Below, one piece after another: positions 1 to 12,712 of a DNA stretch of 64,000 nt. Within the stretch, counting starts at the first letter, position 1. Each line of letters starts with the position of its first letter. A model generated the notes under the pieces. The model searched no databases. It worked only from the letters and a program-made list of their open reading frames with translations, and was not told the DNA's origin. The stretch is from Octopus vulgaris (Eukaryota), in contig OX597843.1 in NCBI GenBank assembly GCA_951406725.2, positions 14,446,001-14,510,000 of the forward strand, written 5' to 3'. Position numbers and translations under genes: made by a program.

Positions 1-79
<79 letters not shown>
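1..79. repeat. (AG)n microsatellite
   Basis: Perfect AG run from the window start. Confidence 0.98.
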
Positions 80-81
<2 letters not shown>

Positions 82-172
82 CACACATACACACAAAAAT
101 GAATGGTGCAAGGAAGAGGGGTCAACTATTTTAAAGGCTTTTAGTGTTTAGGTTTGTCAACAAAACACTTAC

Positions 173-214
173 CTGATCTGTAAGTATCATGGTTCAAAGA
201 GAGAGACAGGAGAT
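173..214 (-). other. Candidate 42-nt internal exon of a minus-strand gene
   Basis: Minus strand reads cctaac (branch-like)...tttttatctcttccaaactAG|atctcc...agatcag|GTAAGT. Length is a multiple of 3 with one open frame (DLLSLSLNHDTYRS); an internal ATG gives MILTDQ. Confidence 0.5.
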
Positions 215-300
215 CTAGTTTGGAAGAGATAAAAATATAAGCTGTTAGGAAATTACATATATCATTATCCTTTATATAAATACATATACACACATATATA

Positions 301-682
301 TCTCTCTATATATAAACGGCAGTTTGTCTGTGTGTGTTTCTGTGTGTCTGTTAGGTTGTACCCTCACCCTGAACACGGCTTTCAACCGATTCTGATGAAT
401 CTTGACACACACATAGCCCAATGTCATAATTCAAAACTAACGCAGCGAAAATTTTGAAAAGTTCCCCCAGTTCTGAAAAAATCAATAAATTCGACATGGG
501 GTCGAGAATCAGAAACACAAACCACAGACTGTCTAGGGGACGCAACTCGACCTTTTAACTCTCAAAAAAAATTTACCATAACTTTTTTTCCATTTTTTTG
601 CTATTTTTTGGCTATAACTCTCTAAAAATGCTTTATAGTTATTTCCCTTACAAACCCGAGCAACGCCGGGTGATACTGCTAG
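301..682 (+). mobile_element. Non-autonomous Helitron
   Basis: 5' TC(TC)TATATATAAACGGC; 3' hairpin cccgagcaacgccggg (655-670) followed by CTAG|T. Confidence 0.75.
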
Positions 683-847
683 TATACACTAAAGAAGAAA
701 AAAAAGTATTAGGCTCAATCTGTTTGGCTGAACCCTTCAAGATGGTGACCCAGCATGGCCGCAGTCCAATGAGGAAACAAACAAAAGGTAAAAAGTGAAT
801 GCTAACCATAGGAAAGACTACTCTAGGATAAATATAGGGAATGGCCA

Positions 848-1195
848 TAGGAGTGGCTGTACGGTAGGAAGCTTGCTTCCTAACCACATGGTCCTGGGTT
901 CAGTCCCACTGCATGGCACCTTGCGACAACCAAAGCCTTGTGAGCGGATTTGGTAGAAGGAAAGAAGCCTGTCATGGATGTGTGTCTGTGTATGTGTCTG
1001 TGTGTTCCCCCATTACCACTTGACAACTAGTGTTGGTGTGTTTACATCCCCCATAACTTGGCGGTTCAGCAAAAGAAACCAATAAAGTACCAGGCTTAAA
1101 AAATAAGTACTGGTGTTGATTCATTCGACTAAAAATTCAAGGTAGTGCCCCAGCATGGTCGCAGACCAATGACTGAAACAAGTAAAAGATAAAAG
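848..1195 (+). mobile_element. tRNA-derived SINE, family A (diverged copy)
   Basis: Head ggagtggctgt...gggttcagtccc (A/B-box-like); tail ccagcatgg..cagaccaatgactgaaacaagtaaaaga; matches many other copies in the window. Confidence 0.85.
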
Positions 1196-1199
1196 ATGA

Positions 1200-1345
1200 G
1201 GAATATTGGTGGGGGCATTCTCATCGAGACTTTTAGCAAGTGTAATCAATAACAGACCCGACATAGTTATTGAGGACAAGAGAGAAAGAGAGGTCAGCTG
1301 CACTGTGTAGATGTTAACATCACATCTGAAATCAGTGAGGAGAAG
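1200..1345 (+). mobile_element. R4/Dong-like non-LTR retrotransposon, RLE-domain fragment
   Basis: Translates INNRPDIVIEDKRER; the RPDIV motif is typical of restriction-like endonuclease domains. Confidence 0.55.
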
Positions 1346-1736
1346 GTTTATGGGCAACTGCTTGCAAGTCTGCAGTCTATTTACCTTCATTATAAATTCA
1401 TCTACACATACACACACACATATATATACAGTATATATGCATATAAACACAAATACACATATACACACATAAAAAACACTAACATACACATAGGCATACA
1501 CATACACATTGATATACACACGAAATTACATGGTTGCAAAATGAACTTCTTAACAACATGACTGTACTTGACACACACACACACACACACACACACGTGT
1601 GTGTGTGTATAATTCTGCAATACATAACACATCTCTATAATAACATACCATAATGAAGACATCATATTTAACAGATGTCTGTTGTTTAAGCATCAGAAAC
1701 TGCAATTTACATCTGGGAAAAATCCCTTAAAAGACA

Positions 1737-1997
1737 CAAATAAATAAATGTGCCCTTTTAAAGCCTAGCCAGGCTCATGGGCCCGGTTTCCCGGTTTCTA
1801 TGGTGTATGTGTTCCCCAGCTGGACGGGACGCCAGTCCATCGCAGCGTTACTCATTCTTGCCAGCTGAGTGGACAGGAGCAACGTGAAATGAAGAGTTTT
1901 GCTCAAGAACACAACGCGTCGCCCGGTCCAGGAATCGAAACCACAATCTTACGATTATGGTGCTGACACCCTAACCACGGAGCCACACGCCTCCACT
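1737..1997 (-). mobile_element. tRNA-derived SINE, family C, with 11-bp TSD
   Basis: Minus-strand head gtggaggcgtgtggctccgtggttaggg...ggtttcgattcc; CORE-like ttgagcaaaactcttcatttc; TSD cttaaaagaca at 1726-1736 and 1998-2008. Confidence 0.85.
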
Positions 1998-2159
1998 CTT
2001 AAAAGACATACCGTTAAAAAATGCAATATACTTCAGAGTTAATCCACTTTCATGATCACTTTTGGTTTGCCTAGTTCCAAAATATATTATGATTTTCTAA
2101 CACTATACCCCTTTAAAGGGATTTTTCCCTGAATGGGAAACAGCAGCCTCTAAGTCAAC

Positions 2160-2530
2160 ATCATCGGTAACCACTGAGCCACAGGGTTTATGTCGGAGTT
2201 ATCCCAGTTTCCTGAGTTACCTTCTCCTAGAAGGATGCCCTAACAAAGGCTCCCAATGGTTTAACCGCGCAATCGGGTATTCAGTCCGATTATTTCTATG
2301 TCCCCACGCATGATACAGCCTTAAGACATTTATTGGATGGTTGTTGACTCTCAAGAGTTCCTCTGCCCTTTGACGGGTTTTGTTTTTCATCCCGCAGGTT
2401 GTCCAATAAACACCCTCCTCACCAAGCAAGCTTGGTGGGGTTGCCGGTTTAGTTGCTGATGACCCGACCATGCAACAGGTTGTACTGGGTTAAATGTTAC
2501 AAGTAGCACTTAAAAGTGACCCGACATAAC
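2160..2530 (-). mobile_element. Probable LINE (RTE-like) 5'-UTR fragment
   Basis: Minus strand ggcatccttctaggagaaggtaactc...aaacc resembles RTE 5'-UTR motifs; a related piece lies at about 46150-46260. Confidence 0.4.
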
Positions 2531-2537
2531 ATATATA

Positions 2538-2870
2538 TCATCATCATCGTTTAACGTCTGCTTTCCATGCTAGCATGGGTTGGATGGTTCAACTGGGGTC
2601 TGGGGAGCCAGAAGGCTGCACCAGGCCCAGTCTGATCTGGCAGGGTTTCTACAGCTGGATGCCCTTCCTAATGCCAACCACTCCCTGAGTGTAGTGGGTG
2701 CTTTATATGTGCCAGACGAGGCTGGCAACGGCCTCGATTGGATGGTGCTTTTTACGTGCCACCGGCACGGAGGCCAGTCGGGGCGGCGCTGGCAACGGCC
2801 ACGTTTGGATGGTTCTCTTACGTGCCACCGGCACTGGTATCACAACTACAATTTCCATTGATGTTGATCG
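2538..2870 (-). mobile_element. RTE LINE 3'-UTR fragment
   Basis: (cat)n-gtttaacgtctgctttccatgctagcatggg...ctggatgcccttcctaatgccaacc; this is the UTR that follows the RTE ORF end at 5680-6057. Confidence 0.75.
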
Positions 2871-3589
2871 ATTTCAATGTTGATATATACACACACACAC
2901 ACACACACACATTGCAAAATTGCCATTTCAGATGAGAGACCCTAATCATTAAGTTTTGCTTAGAACTCCATGTAAATTCATGCATCTCCAAATACCAATC
3001 AGGTGAACATAACCTGGAATCAGATTTTCTGCTCTTGTATGTTTGTGTGTATATGTATGCACATATAGATATACATTATTGGCCACACATACTCAATGTA
3101 TGGGTGTTGGTTTGTTTACCAGTTTGCTGCGGTAAAGCTCTTGAGTGACAATTCCCTCGTTATGCCAGGTGTCAAAACACCCGAAATTCATAGACAGGTG
3201 AGACAACTTGTCTTCAATCCCATTCAGGAGTGATGGATACTTTTGTGGCCGGTTAATATCACATACATGAATCGCACCGGGGATGAATTGTGTTGCCAGT
3301 CTATGACTGTATATAAATGGTTTAAGAACCATTCACTGGTATACCACAGTAATGCATATGTAAGATTAAACTCTGACTACCTGAGAGTTATAGGCAGGTG
3401 AGACAACTCACCTCCCACTGAATTCAGGACTGATGGATACCGATATCTTGCCATTTTTTTGTCATTCCCCCAAGCACTTCACCACAGCAAATTGACTAAC
3501 AAACAAAAAATAAATTGTGAAAGTGGCATCAATAATGTTTATAACACTAATGCAGCTTTTAATTCGTTACTGAATAAATATATATATAT

Positions 3590-4011
3590 TATGTTATGTT
3601 ATCCAGTTTCAGCTCATGAGCTGTGGCCATGCTGGGGCACCGCCATTTGGTGTTGCTACATGATTTTACCTCACGAATGCTTTTTAGCAACTGCCATTTG
3701 GTGCATGAGAGAGTTTGATGCAGCTGCCCTCATCTGCACCTCCTGCTGTGAAGTTGGTTCATCCAGGACACCTGACAGGAAGAGATCCAGTCCTACTTTA
3801 AAGACATCTGCATCCACCCCATGCAGGTCCCTCAGGTTCTTCGGGAGGATATTGAAGAGCTGTGGGCCTCTGAAGCCCAGGCTATCACAGTATCTTGTCC
3901 TACATCTTGATGGCAAATTTGGAGTCCTTGGCACGACGCAGTGGCGCCCAGTTCTGGCATTTGTGTAACTCTCGATGCCAAAGTTTGGGACAAGTCCTTC
4001 TAGGATCTTCC

Positions 4012-4015
<4 letters not shown>
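3590..4015 (-). mobile_element. CR1/L2-type LINE 3' end (ORF2 C-terminus plus 3' UTR)
   Basis: Minus frame YIWKILEGLVPNFG...SLGFRGPQLFNILPKNLRD...FKVGLDLFLSGVLDEP, stop at 3671, short UTR and (ataac)n tail. Confidence 0.8.
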
Positions 4016-4056
<41 letters not shown>

Positions 4057-4059
<3 letters not shown>

Positions 4060-4570
4060 TTAAAATGAGGGTGAGAAATTAGATATTAATTTAATTAACA
4101 TCGATTTCACACCAGTGGTCTAGCATATAAAAAAACTGAAGGTTCAGTTAAAATTGTATTATATACATATTAGAGGGAAACCATCTGCAGCATCAGTTTT
4201 TCCGGTAATTTAGCGCGCCAAAACGAGGACATTTGAAATAGTAACCACGAGTGTAATTAGGTAGGACTGTTTTACAAGTCTGACTTTGTGCAGGCGTCCT
4301 AGTATGCAGTCCTGCAAATTATATTCATCTGGACGGTCACACTGATGATCTACGGACATTTATATAAAGTAAAATTACGTAATATGTTAATAGTGAAACA
4401 TGTATGCGAATAATCCATATTTTTATTACTTTTTCTTTTGTCTTGCTCGATTACATTTTGGTTGTTTTGCTAAACTTTTCTTGAGAACATTTCTTAGTGG
4501 TAAGACCATAGTGGATCTATTTCTAGCATAAGGGTGTCCACATAGTGGTTACCCTCTAATATGTATGTAT
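4057..4570 (+). mobile_element. (TA)n-flanked Penelope-like non-coding insert with inverted segment
   Basis: catattagagggaaacca (~4166-4183) is the inverse of tggttaccctctaatatg (~4546-4563). Contains a hammerhead core; the 3' part resembles 52790-52910. Confidence 0.55.
4336..4410 (+). ncRNA. Type I hammerhead ribozyme-like motif
   Basis: caca-CTGATGA-tcta...tagt-GAAAC-at-GTA-tgcg; palindromic ACATGT stem III; stem II is weak. Confidence 0.55.
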
Positions 4571-4575
4571 ATATA

Positions 4576-4928
4576 CTCTTTTACTTGTTTCAGTCAGTTG
4601 ACTGCGGCCATGCTGGAGCACCGCCTTTATTCTTTGTAAGCCCAGTACTTATTCCATCGGTTTCTTTTGCCAAACCACTAAGTGACATAAACACACCAGC
4701 ATCGGTTGTCAAGCAATGCTAGGGGGACAAACACAGACACACAAACATATATATATATACATATATATGACGGGCTTCTTTCAGTTTCCGACTACCAAAT
4801 CCACTCACAAGGCTTTGGTCAGCCCGAGGCTATAGTAGAAGACACTTGCCTAAGGTGCCATGCAGTGGGACTGAACCCGGAACCATGTGGTTGGTAAGCA
4901 AGCTACTTACCACTCAGCCACTCCTGCG

Positions 4929-4931
<3 letters not shown>
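4576..4931 (-). mobile_element. tRNA-SINE family A
   Basis: Reverse complement of the family A head and tail. Confidence 0.9.
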
Positions 4932-4979
<48 letters not shown>

Positions 4980-5002
4980 ATATATGTATACGTATATATA
5001 TG

Positions 5003-5036
<34 letters not shown>

Positions 5037-5089
5037 ATCATTCTATCATGCCCTCAGTACATTGTGGACTTTTCTGGCTAATATATGTA

Positions 5090-5477
5090 AAATTATATTG
5101 CAGCCTCCTCAGTATATCGTGGGTTTCTGCGACTGATATGTATTTATATTATTTTTTAGATTTCAATTATTTCTGTGGTAAAATAAACATTTTCATGCTT
5201 AAAAATTAATGAATTAATAAATAAAAATGCAGTACAGTATTGCACTGTATTAGACGTTAATTGAAATATGTTAAAAGAAAATGCGTAGTGTACCGTAGAT
5301 GAGTAAACAAAGAACCGCACATACTGTATGGGGAACGAAACCTGGGAGGCGAGTGGGGGGTGTTGTTGCTGTATATACAAATTATAAAAATTTACAGTAC
5401 TGTTTCTACTTCACAAATTTTCACCTATTGCAGGGGGCTTTGGAATGTAACACCCACGATAGTCAAGGGATTACTGT
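5090..5477. mobile_element. pogo/Tigger-like MITE fragment
   Basis: Ends in cacgatagtcaaggggattactg, a CAGTAATCCCC-type terminal repeat on the minus strand. Confidence 0.45.
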
Positions 5478-5678
5478 GTATGTGAGTGTATGTATATATA
5501 CATATATATACATACATATATGAGTGCAATACATACATACATACACACATATATACATACATATACATACATACATACATACATACATAGATACATACAC
5601 ATACATACATATACATAAATACACATACATATACACACACACATACATACATACACACACACACACATATATATATAT

Positions 5679-6057
5679 CGTGAGAAAGGATCTACAGATG
5701 CTGGGACAAACAGAGGAGATGACAGGGGACAGAGACCCCTGGCCGTTTGCTGTGCTTGAAAAGACATGTCAAGCTTCGTAAAAGAGTGGTTGCCATTTCA
5801 TACAGGCCTTGTGTCCCCTGCATCCATCTCCAGGGCTTTTAGGGGCTGGTGTCAGGTAAGAAGCACCCGTGCCAGTGCTGCGTGAGAGCACCCAGTACAC
5901 TTTCTAAAGTGGTTGGCATTAGGAAGGGCACCCGGCCATAGAAACACTGCCAAAATAGGCAGGGAGCCTGAACAGCCCTTCAGCTGGTCAGCTCTGGTCA
6001 AACCATTCAACCAATGCCAACATGGAAAACAGATATTAAATGATGATGATGATGATA
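5679..6057 (+). mobile_element. RTE LINE 3' end (ORF2 C-terminus plus UTR)
   Basis: RKDLQMLGQTEEMTGDRDPWPFAVLEKTCQAS*, then UTR with ggttggcattaggaagggca and a (gat)n tail. Confidence 0.8.
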
Positions 6058-6274
6058 TATATTACAAAGATACATGGCCTAGTGGTTAGGGTATTGCACT
6101 CATAATCACAAGATAGGGGTTTCAATTCCTGGACTAGGTGATGCATTATATTCTTGAGCAAAACACTTCATTTCACTTTGCTCCACTCTACTCAGCTATA
6201 AATGAGGGACCCTGCAAAGGGCTGGCACCCTGATGTGGAGGGGGTATGTTGTAGCCTCCGCCATTTAGGCACCA

Positions 6275-6432
6275 TAGGGGCCGGTCCCTGGAATTTTTCA
6301 AAGGGAGGGCACAAGGTCAAAAAAGAATAAAATTGCAGGAGAAAAGGGTGCAATAACATTATTTAGAAGGGTGCAGTTCTTTTCTTGAGGAGTGCATGTG
6401 CCCCTCAGGCACCCCTTTGGATCTACCCTTGC
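6275..6432. mobile_element. Degenerate PIF/Harbinger-like MITE
   Basis: Imperfect termini aggggccggtccctgg ... tggatctaccct. Confidence 0.35.
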
Positions 6433-6602
6433 ACCATGGAAACCAGGCAAGAGTCTTAAGACGCAAGACATTTTTTTACTCACTTTTTTTATCTACTTTC
6501 GTACTAAGGAAACCCCAGTTCACTATCTGGGTGTGCGTAAGTTCTGTGTGTGTGTGTGTAAGTATGTATGTGTGTGTGTGTGTAAGTATGTATGTGTGTA
6601 TG

Positions 6603-6652
<50 letters not shown>

Positions 6653-6719
6653 CACACACACACAAATGAATGTAGAAGTTTGAGTCAAGTAAATATCAAT
6701 GCATAAGACCTTGTATGAA

Positions 6720-6754
<35 letters not shown>

Positions 6755-7167
6755 ATCTAAATCTGGAAGGAGAAAGGGAGGAAGAGGAGGTGGGTGGTCG
6801 TGAGAAAGGGGTGGGGGTGAGGAAATAAGGTTAGATAAACTATCAACATAATGTTATATTCTACCATCAACATGGAACATGATCACAAGTCTCTCACGGC
6901 ACATATGCCTAACAGATCTCAAGTCTCTCTCTCTCCTCTCTTCCTCTCACAGTTAACAGATTTCATCTACACACCCCATACCAGCACATATACAGCACAG
7001 CTAACACATATCAACACACATACAGCACAGATCTCAAACACATACACACAACATAGGTCTCTGTCTCACGCACACACACAACATAGATCTCTCTCTCTCT
7101 CACCCCTAACAGATTGCAGTACATTTGTAGATGTGTACATGTACATTGCACACAGTAAACAGGGGTG

Positions 7168-7402
7168 TCTCTCTCTCTCTTTCTCACACTAGATCTCTCT
7201 CTCTCTCTCTTTCTCACACTAGATCTCTCTCTCTCTCTCTCTCTTTCTCACACTAGAACTCTCTCTCTCTCTCTCTCTTTCTCACACTAGAACTCTCTCT
7301 CTCTCTCTCTTTCTCACACTAGAACTCTCTCTCTCTCTTTCTCACACTAGAACTCTCTCTCTCTCTCTCTCTTTCTCACACTAGATCTCTCTCTCTCTCT
7401 CT
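7168..7402. repeat. Compound minisatellite (CT)n-ttctcacactaga
   Basis: About 7 units of roughly 30 bp with variable CT length. Confidence 0.9.
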
Positions 7403-8518
7403 TGCTCCCTCTCACACACATACAAAGGCAAATCGGTAGAATGGTTTCAGGGTGTCTGGGCAGTAAACTGGCAGAGACGTTAACGCATCAGATGAAATTT
7501 CTTTCAATATTTATTTTGGCTCTTCAATGTCCTGAGTTCAAATACTTCCAAGGAGGGCATCACCAGTTATACCCCCCAGGGTCACTAAATAAACAAACAG
7601 TCCAAGACAATGGACTAACAGAATTGTTAGGGGTGGCACTACTTGTTATTCCACCTCTTTGTACTCTGAGTTCAAACCCTGCTGTAGCTTCCGTATCTCT
7701 TACCTTTAATTTGTTACCTGGTTCAAAAACATCCCCACCCCATAACTTTCCATATCTCTATCTCTTTGCTTGTCCTGCCTATCACATGTTGATACCCAGG
7801 ACATATTTCCCTACCATCCATGCATCATACATGATGCACAGTCCAAATTTTTATTTTAACCGCAAAAATAACTTGGGACTTAGACAAGGAAAGCTTTGGC
7901 TCCAGGTTCAATCCCACTGCGTGGCACCTTGGGCAAGTGTCTTCTACTATAGCCTTGGGCTGACCAATGTCTTGTAAGTGGATTTGGTAGATGGAATCTG
8001 AAAGAAGCCCATCGTATGTGTGTGTGTGTGCTTGTCCCTCACCATTGCTTGACAACTGATGTTGGTATGTTTACATCCCTGTAACTTAGCGGTTCAGCAA
8101 AGAGACTGGTACTAGGCTTACAAAGAATAATTCCTGGGATTGATTTGTTCAACTAAAGTGGTGCTCCAGCATGGCCACAGTCAAATGACTGAAACGAGTA
8201 AAAGAATAAAGTGTAGACATTCAGGGCAATGTTATGGAAATGCTTTGGACAGGCAAAAGGCTGACGTTGCAGATAGACCCACCGTAAAGACACTTTGGGT
8301 ATAACACAAATTCACCAGCATCACACTAAGGCTGTCTCTTCCAAAAGAACTGCTCAACCCTAGGCCTCTCCTGTCTGACCCTAATATGAGAGACAGGACG
8401 TATTCCCCTGGCATCCATGCATCATATGATGATACACATTCCCAGTTTCTTTCTTCAATTACGGACAGAAACTCGGGACTTAGGAAAGCTTTATTTTACT
8501 CAGAATATATGAAACAAG

Positions 8519-9045
8519 CATCATCGTTTAACGTCCGCTTTCCATGCTAGCATGGGTTGGACGATTTTGACTGAGGGCTGGTGAGCCAGATGGCTGCACC
8601 AGTCTCCAATCTTGATCTGGCAATGTTTCTACAGCTGGATGCCCTTCCTAATGCCAACCACTCCGAGAGTGTAGTGGGTGCTTTTTACGTGCCAAGGGAC
8701 AGGGGCCAGTCTGGTGGTACTGGCAATGACCTCGCTTGAATCTTTTTACACATGCCACCAGCACAGGTGCCAGTAAGGTGACGTTGGTAACAATCATGTT
8801 CGAATGGTGCCCTTTTACATGCCACTGGCACGGAAGCCGGTTGGCTGCTCTCGCAACAATCACACTCGGATGGTGCTCTTGGTACCCTGCTAGCACGGGC
8901 ACAAGTGCCAGTAAGGCGACGCTGGTAACGATCACTCTTGAATGGTGCCTTTTAAGTGCCACTGGCATGGAAGCCGGTTAGCCGCTCTGTCAATGATCAC
9001 GCTCGTATGGTGCTCTTTGCACCCTGCTAGTACAGACGCCAGTCA
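8519..9045 (-). mobile_element. RTE 3'-UTR fragment with internal subrepeats
   Basis: Same tail as 2538-2870; recurring tggtgc..tttacgtgcca subunits. Confidence 0.75.
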
Positions 9046-9863
9046 TCAAATTTGATTTTGCTTTTGATTGGCAGACTAAAAGTCTGAAAAGAAGCATGGA
9101 TGTTTAGGATAGACTTATGAAAATGATTTGGACAGCCAAAAGGTTCATGTCACAGAAGGACCCAATATAAGGACACATTTTGTATAACAAAACTGTCTCT
9201 CCTAACAGAACTGCTTATCCCTTTGGCCTGTCTTGTGTGTCACATAGGATACTCGGGACATATTTCCCTTGCACCCATGCAACATATAAGATAGACATTG
9301 CCAATTTTTTATTTTAATCCCCAGAGTAACTTGGGACTTATGAAAGGATAGCGTTATTTTACTCAGAACATGAAACAAGGGCTAAGAAAAACTCTGAAAC
9401 CAAGCATGGCCATTAAAGACAAACTTATGAAAAGGATTTGGATGGGTAAACAATTAACAATGTCTGCAAGTTTTAGGGTTAGATCTCTGGCTTGAAGGTA
9501 TCTTCCCCACTTTCTTCTGCCAGTGTCGGAGACCTTCAGGAATAGGTATGGGCACTGTCCCTCCCTTCAGATTCAGTGATAAAAGAATAAAAAAAAAAAA
9601 AACCCAGCCAACAGGGATCACACATGTAAGTGTAAACACAGAACCAAAATAAGTCAAGCAGTCTGTGGTATCTGTTTAAAGTCAAGTGGCCTATGACTGA
9701 TCTTGCTGTGGCACCTGCTTACAGCCATGCAGACTGTACCTCCATGTGGTACCTTCACACAGCAACTGAACATAAACTCTTCTTTCTCAAACAGTTACCA
9801 ATAAACATTCACATTATTTTGTGAGTTGATTTGCTAGATGGAGACTGAAAGAAACCCACCATC

Positions 9864-9894
<31 letters not shown>

Positions 9895-10813
9895 TTGTAT
9901 ACACGAGGCACTTTGGCCAGATGCCTTCTGCTATAGCCTCAGGCCACCCAAAGCCTTGTGAGTGGGTCTGGTAGATGGAAACTGAAAGAAGCCTATCATA
10001 TATATCTGTGTGTGTGCATGTGTCTATGTATCTGTTTGTCCCCCACCCTACTGTTTGACAACTGGTGTTTGTTTGTTTACATCCTCATAACTTAAAATAC
10101 TGATAGAATAAGTACCAGGCTTAAAAAAATAGTCTTGGGGTCAATTCATTCAACTAAAATTCTTCAACGTGGTGCTCCAGCATGGCCACAGACTAATGAC
10201 CAAGGCAAGTAAAAGAGAAAAACCTCAACATGGTTCTGGGTTCAGTCCCACTGCATGGCACCTTGGGCAAGTGTCTTCTAATATGGCCTTGGGCTGACCA
10301 AAGTCTTGTGAGTGGACCTGGCAGATGGAAACTGAAAGAATCCCACTGTGTGTGTGTGTGTCCCTCCACCGCTTGTCAATCGGTGTTAGTGTGTTTACAT
10401 CCCTGAAACTTCATGATTTGGCAAAAAGAGGACCAATAGAATAAGTGCCAGACTCTGAAAGAAAAATAAAATGTCCTGGGGTCAATATGTTTGACTAAAA
10501 TCCTTCAAGGTGGTGCTCCAGCATGGCCACAGTCTAATGACTGAGACAAGTAAAAGACATGTATGAATTTATGTGTGAGAGTGTATCCTTGACATCGTGT
10601 GACAGCTGTAAATGAGCATCACCGTCATACAAGCAGTGTTGTTCATTTCCAGTCCTCCATGGAAAACATATCTGATCATGGAGAAAAGAGCTAAGGGTTA
10701 GCAACAGGAAGGGCATCCAGCCAGAGAATATCTGCCTTAACAAATACCATCTGACCCAGACAAGTGTAGAAATGCAGAACTTAAAGGATTATTATTATTA
10801 TTATTATTATTAT

Positions 10814-11020
10814 TTTTGGCTTTGCACAGCTTCTAATGCTGGGGACGTACAACTGTGTCAGCTGTTCACTCCCAGTGAACTAAGGCAACACCCTTATTTT
10901 TTGAGCACCATACAGAGTATTCAAGCAGTTCCAAGCAGTGCTGTTTTCTGAAAGTGCTCCACCCTTACTGCAGCCCCTATTTGTTCCAAATACTTCAAGG
11001 TTTTTACTCACTCTTCCCAT
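10814..11020 (-). mobile_element. R4/Dong-like LINE 3' end inside a (TAA)n tract
   Basis: Minus strand GRVSKNL...LEQIGAAVRVEHFQKTALLGTA*IL.MVLKK* (frameshifted); (att)n on both sides. Confidence 0.75.
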
Positions 11021-11040
11021 TATTATTATTATTATTATTA

Positions 11041-11215
11041 TTAAGACTATATAGGACTGAGGTAACTCATCCAGAAGTTATACACAACTAAATAGACGAA
11101 TGCCATATCATGTGAAATTGGTTGAACAATATTTCGGCATCTAGCGTGCCTTCCACTCTTCTGATTATTTGTGTATAACTTCTGGATGAGTTACGTTGGT
11201 CCTATAAAGTCTTAA
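11041..11215. repeat. Fold-back element with about 45-bp arms
   Basis: ttaagactatataggac..gtaactcatccagaagttatacaca paired with tgtgtataacttctggatgagttac..gtcctataaagtcttaa. Confidence 0.85.
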
Positions 11216-11498
11216 CAAAAACTGAAGTAGACTCACATGTAATGGGATTGAACTTGGCATCACATCCTTCACAAAGTGGCCGGAGTGCTAGAACAAGTGC
11301 ATTGAAAGACGAGGGTCTTTAAAGGAAATCAGAGTCACTTCTTTGAAATTAATGTTTCTCCTGAAAAAGTCTCAAAACTTCTGGAATGCACACAATACTC
11401 AACACAATAGCATTCATATTAATTGACATGTTTGTTTACACAGGGAAAATTCACTTTATTTCTTCTTCTGCCCAAACATACCCACACACACAACAATA

Positions 11499-11561
<63 letters not shown>

Positions 11562-12201
11562 GCACATTTACAAGAAAGTTTACTTTGTGAGGGAAAACAT
11601 TTTTATTTTACCTGTTTTCCCACAGGAAGAAAGACTTTTGTTGACAACTTACTTAATTAACAAAAAGCCTTCTGGCTACCCTGAGAATTTACGCAGGGGC
11701 ACGTGCCTGGAGGGTGGTGGAGGGCATGGAGTGATGCCAGAGGAGGAGGAGGAGGAGACAAAGATGAATAGGACTTAGTTTTATAGTGTTCCTATACTTA
11801 ACCAATTAACTTTACTTTTCTGAGAAATTAATTAAAAAACAAATCATTCCTGGAAATCCTTACATGTGATACCTGGCATGGCAACTCGTAACAACCCAGA
11901 TGAGACCGGGCTCTGGCTCTGAGTACAAATGTTTTGTATTCATAACTTTTGAATTAAAATCTTTTCATAAGTTCTGAATGAAAATCTTCCACCAAACCTT
12001 TGTCACAATTTATGTTCCTAACACTAGCTGAATGGTAACTAAGTTATTTTACTAAATTCTTTGTTATATTTAAAGTAATTGAAAGAAACACAGAGCATCT
12101 CAACAGAAATACAGTAACGAAAGGGTTAAATGATGAAGATATATACACACACACAAACAAAAGGGAACAAATTTCATCATCATCATATATATATATACAA
12201 A

Positions 12202-12267
<66 letters not shown>

Positions 12268-12376
12268 TACATACATATTAATATATCTAAATATACACAT
12301 ATAGAGATAGAGGCATACATACAAATATACACATATATACAGAGAGATAGATACATACAAATATATTTGAATACAT

Positions 12377-12461
<85 letters not shown>

Positions 12462-12678
12462 AATACATACACTTGAATATATTTGAATACACACACACAC
12501 ATATATATATATAATACACAACAAAACATACACATGGATATATTTGAATACATATATACGTAGATATAGACACGTACATATGAACACGTTCAGAGATAAG
12601 CAATGACACAGATAAAAATCTACAGAACTTGTGTCACCCACCCACACACACCCAGAACAATGTTAAACACACCCCTCA

Positions 12679-12712
<34 letters not shown>

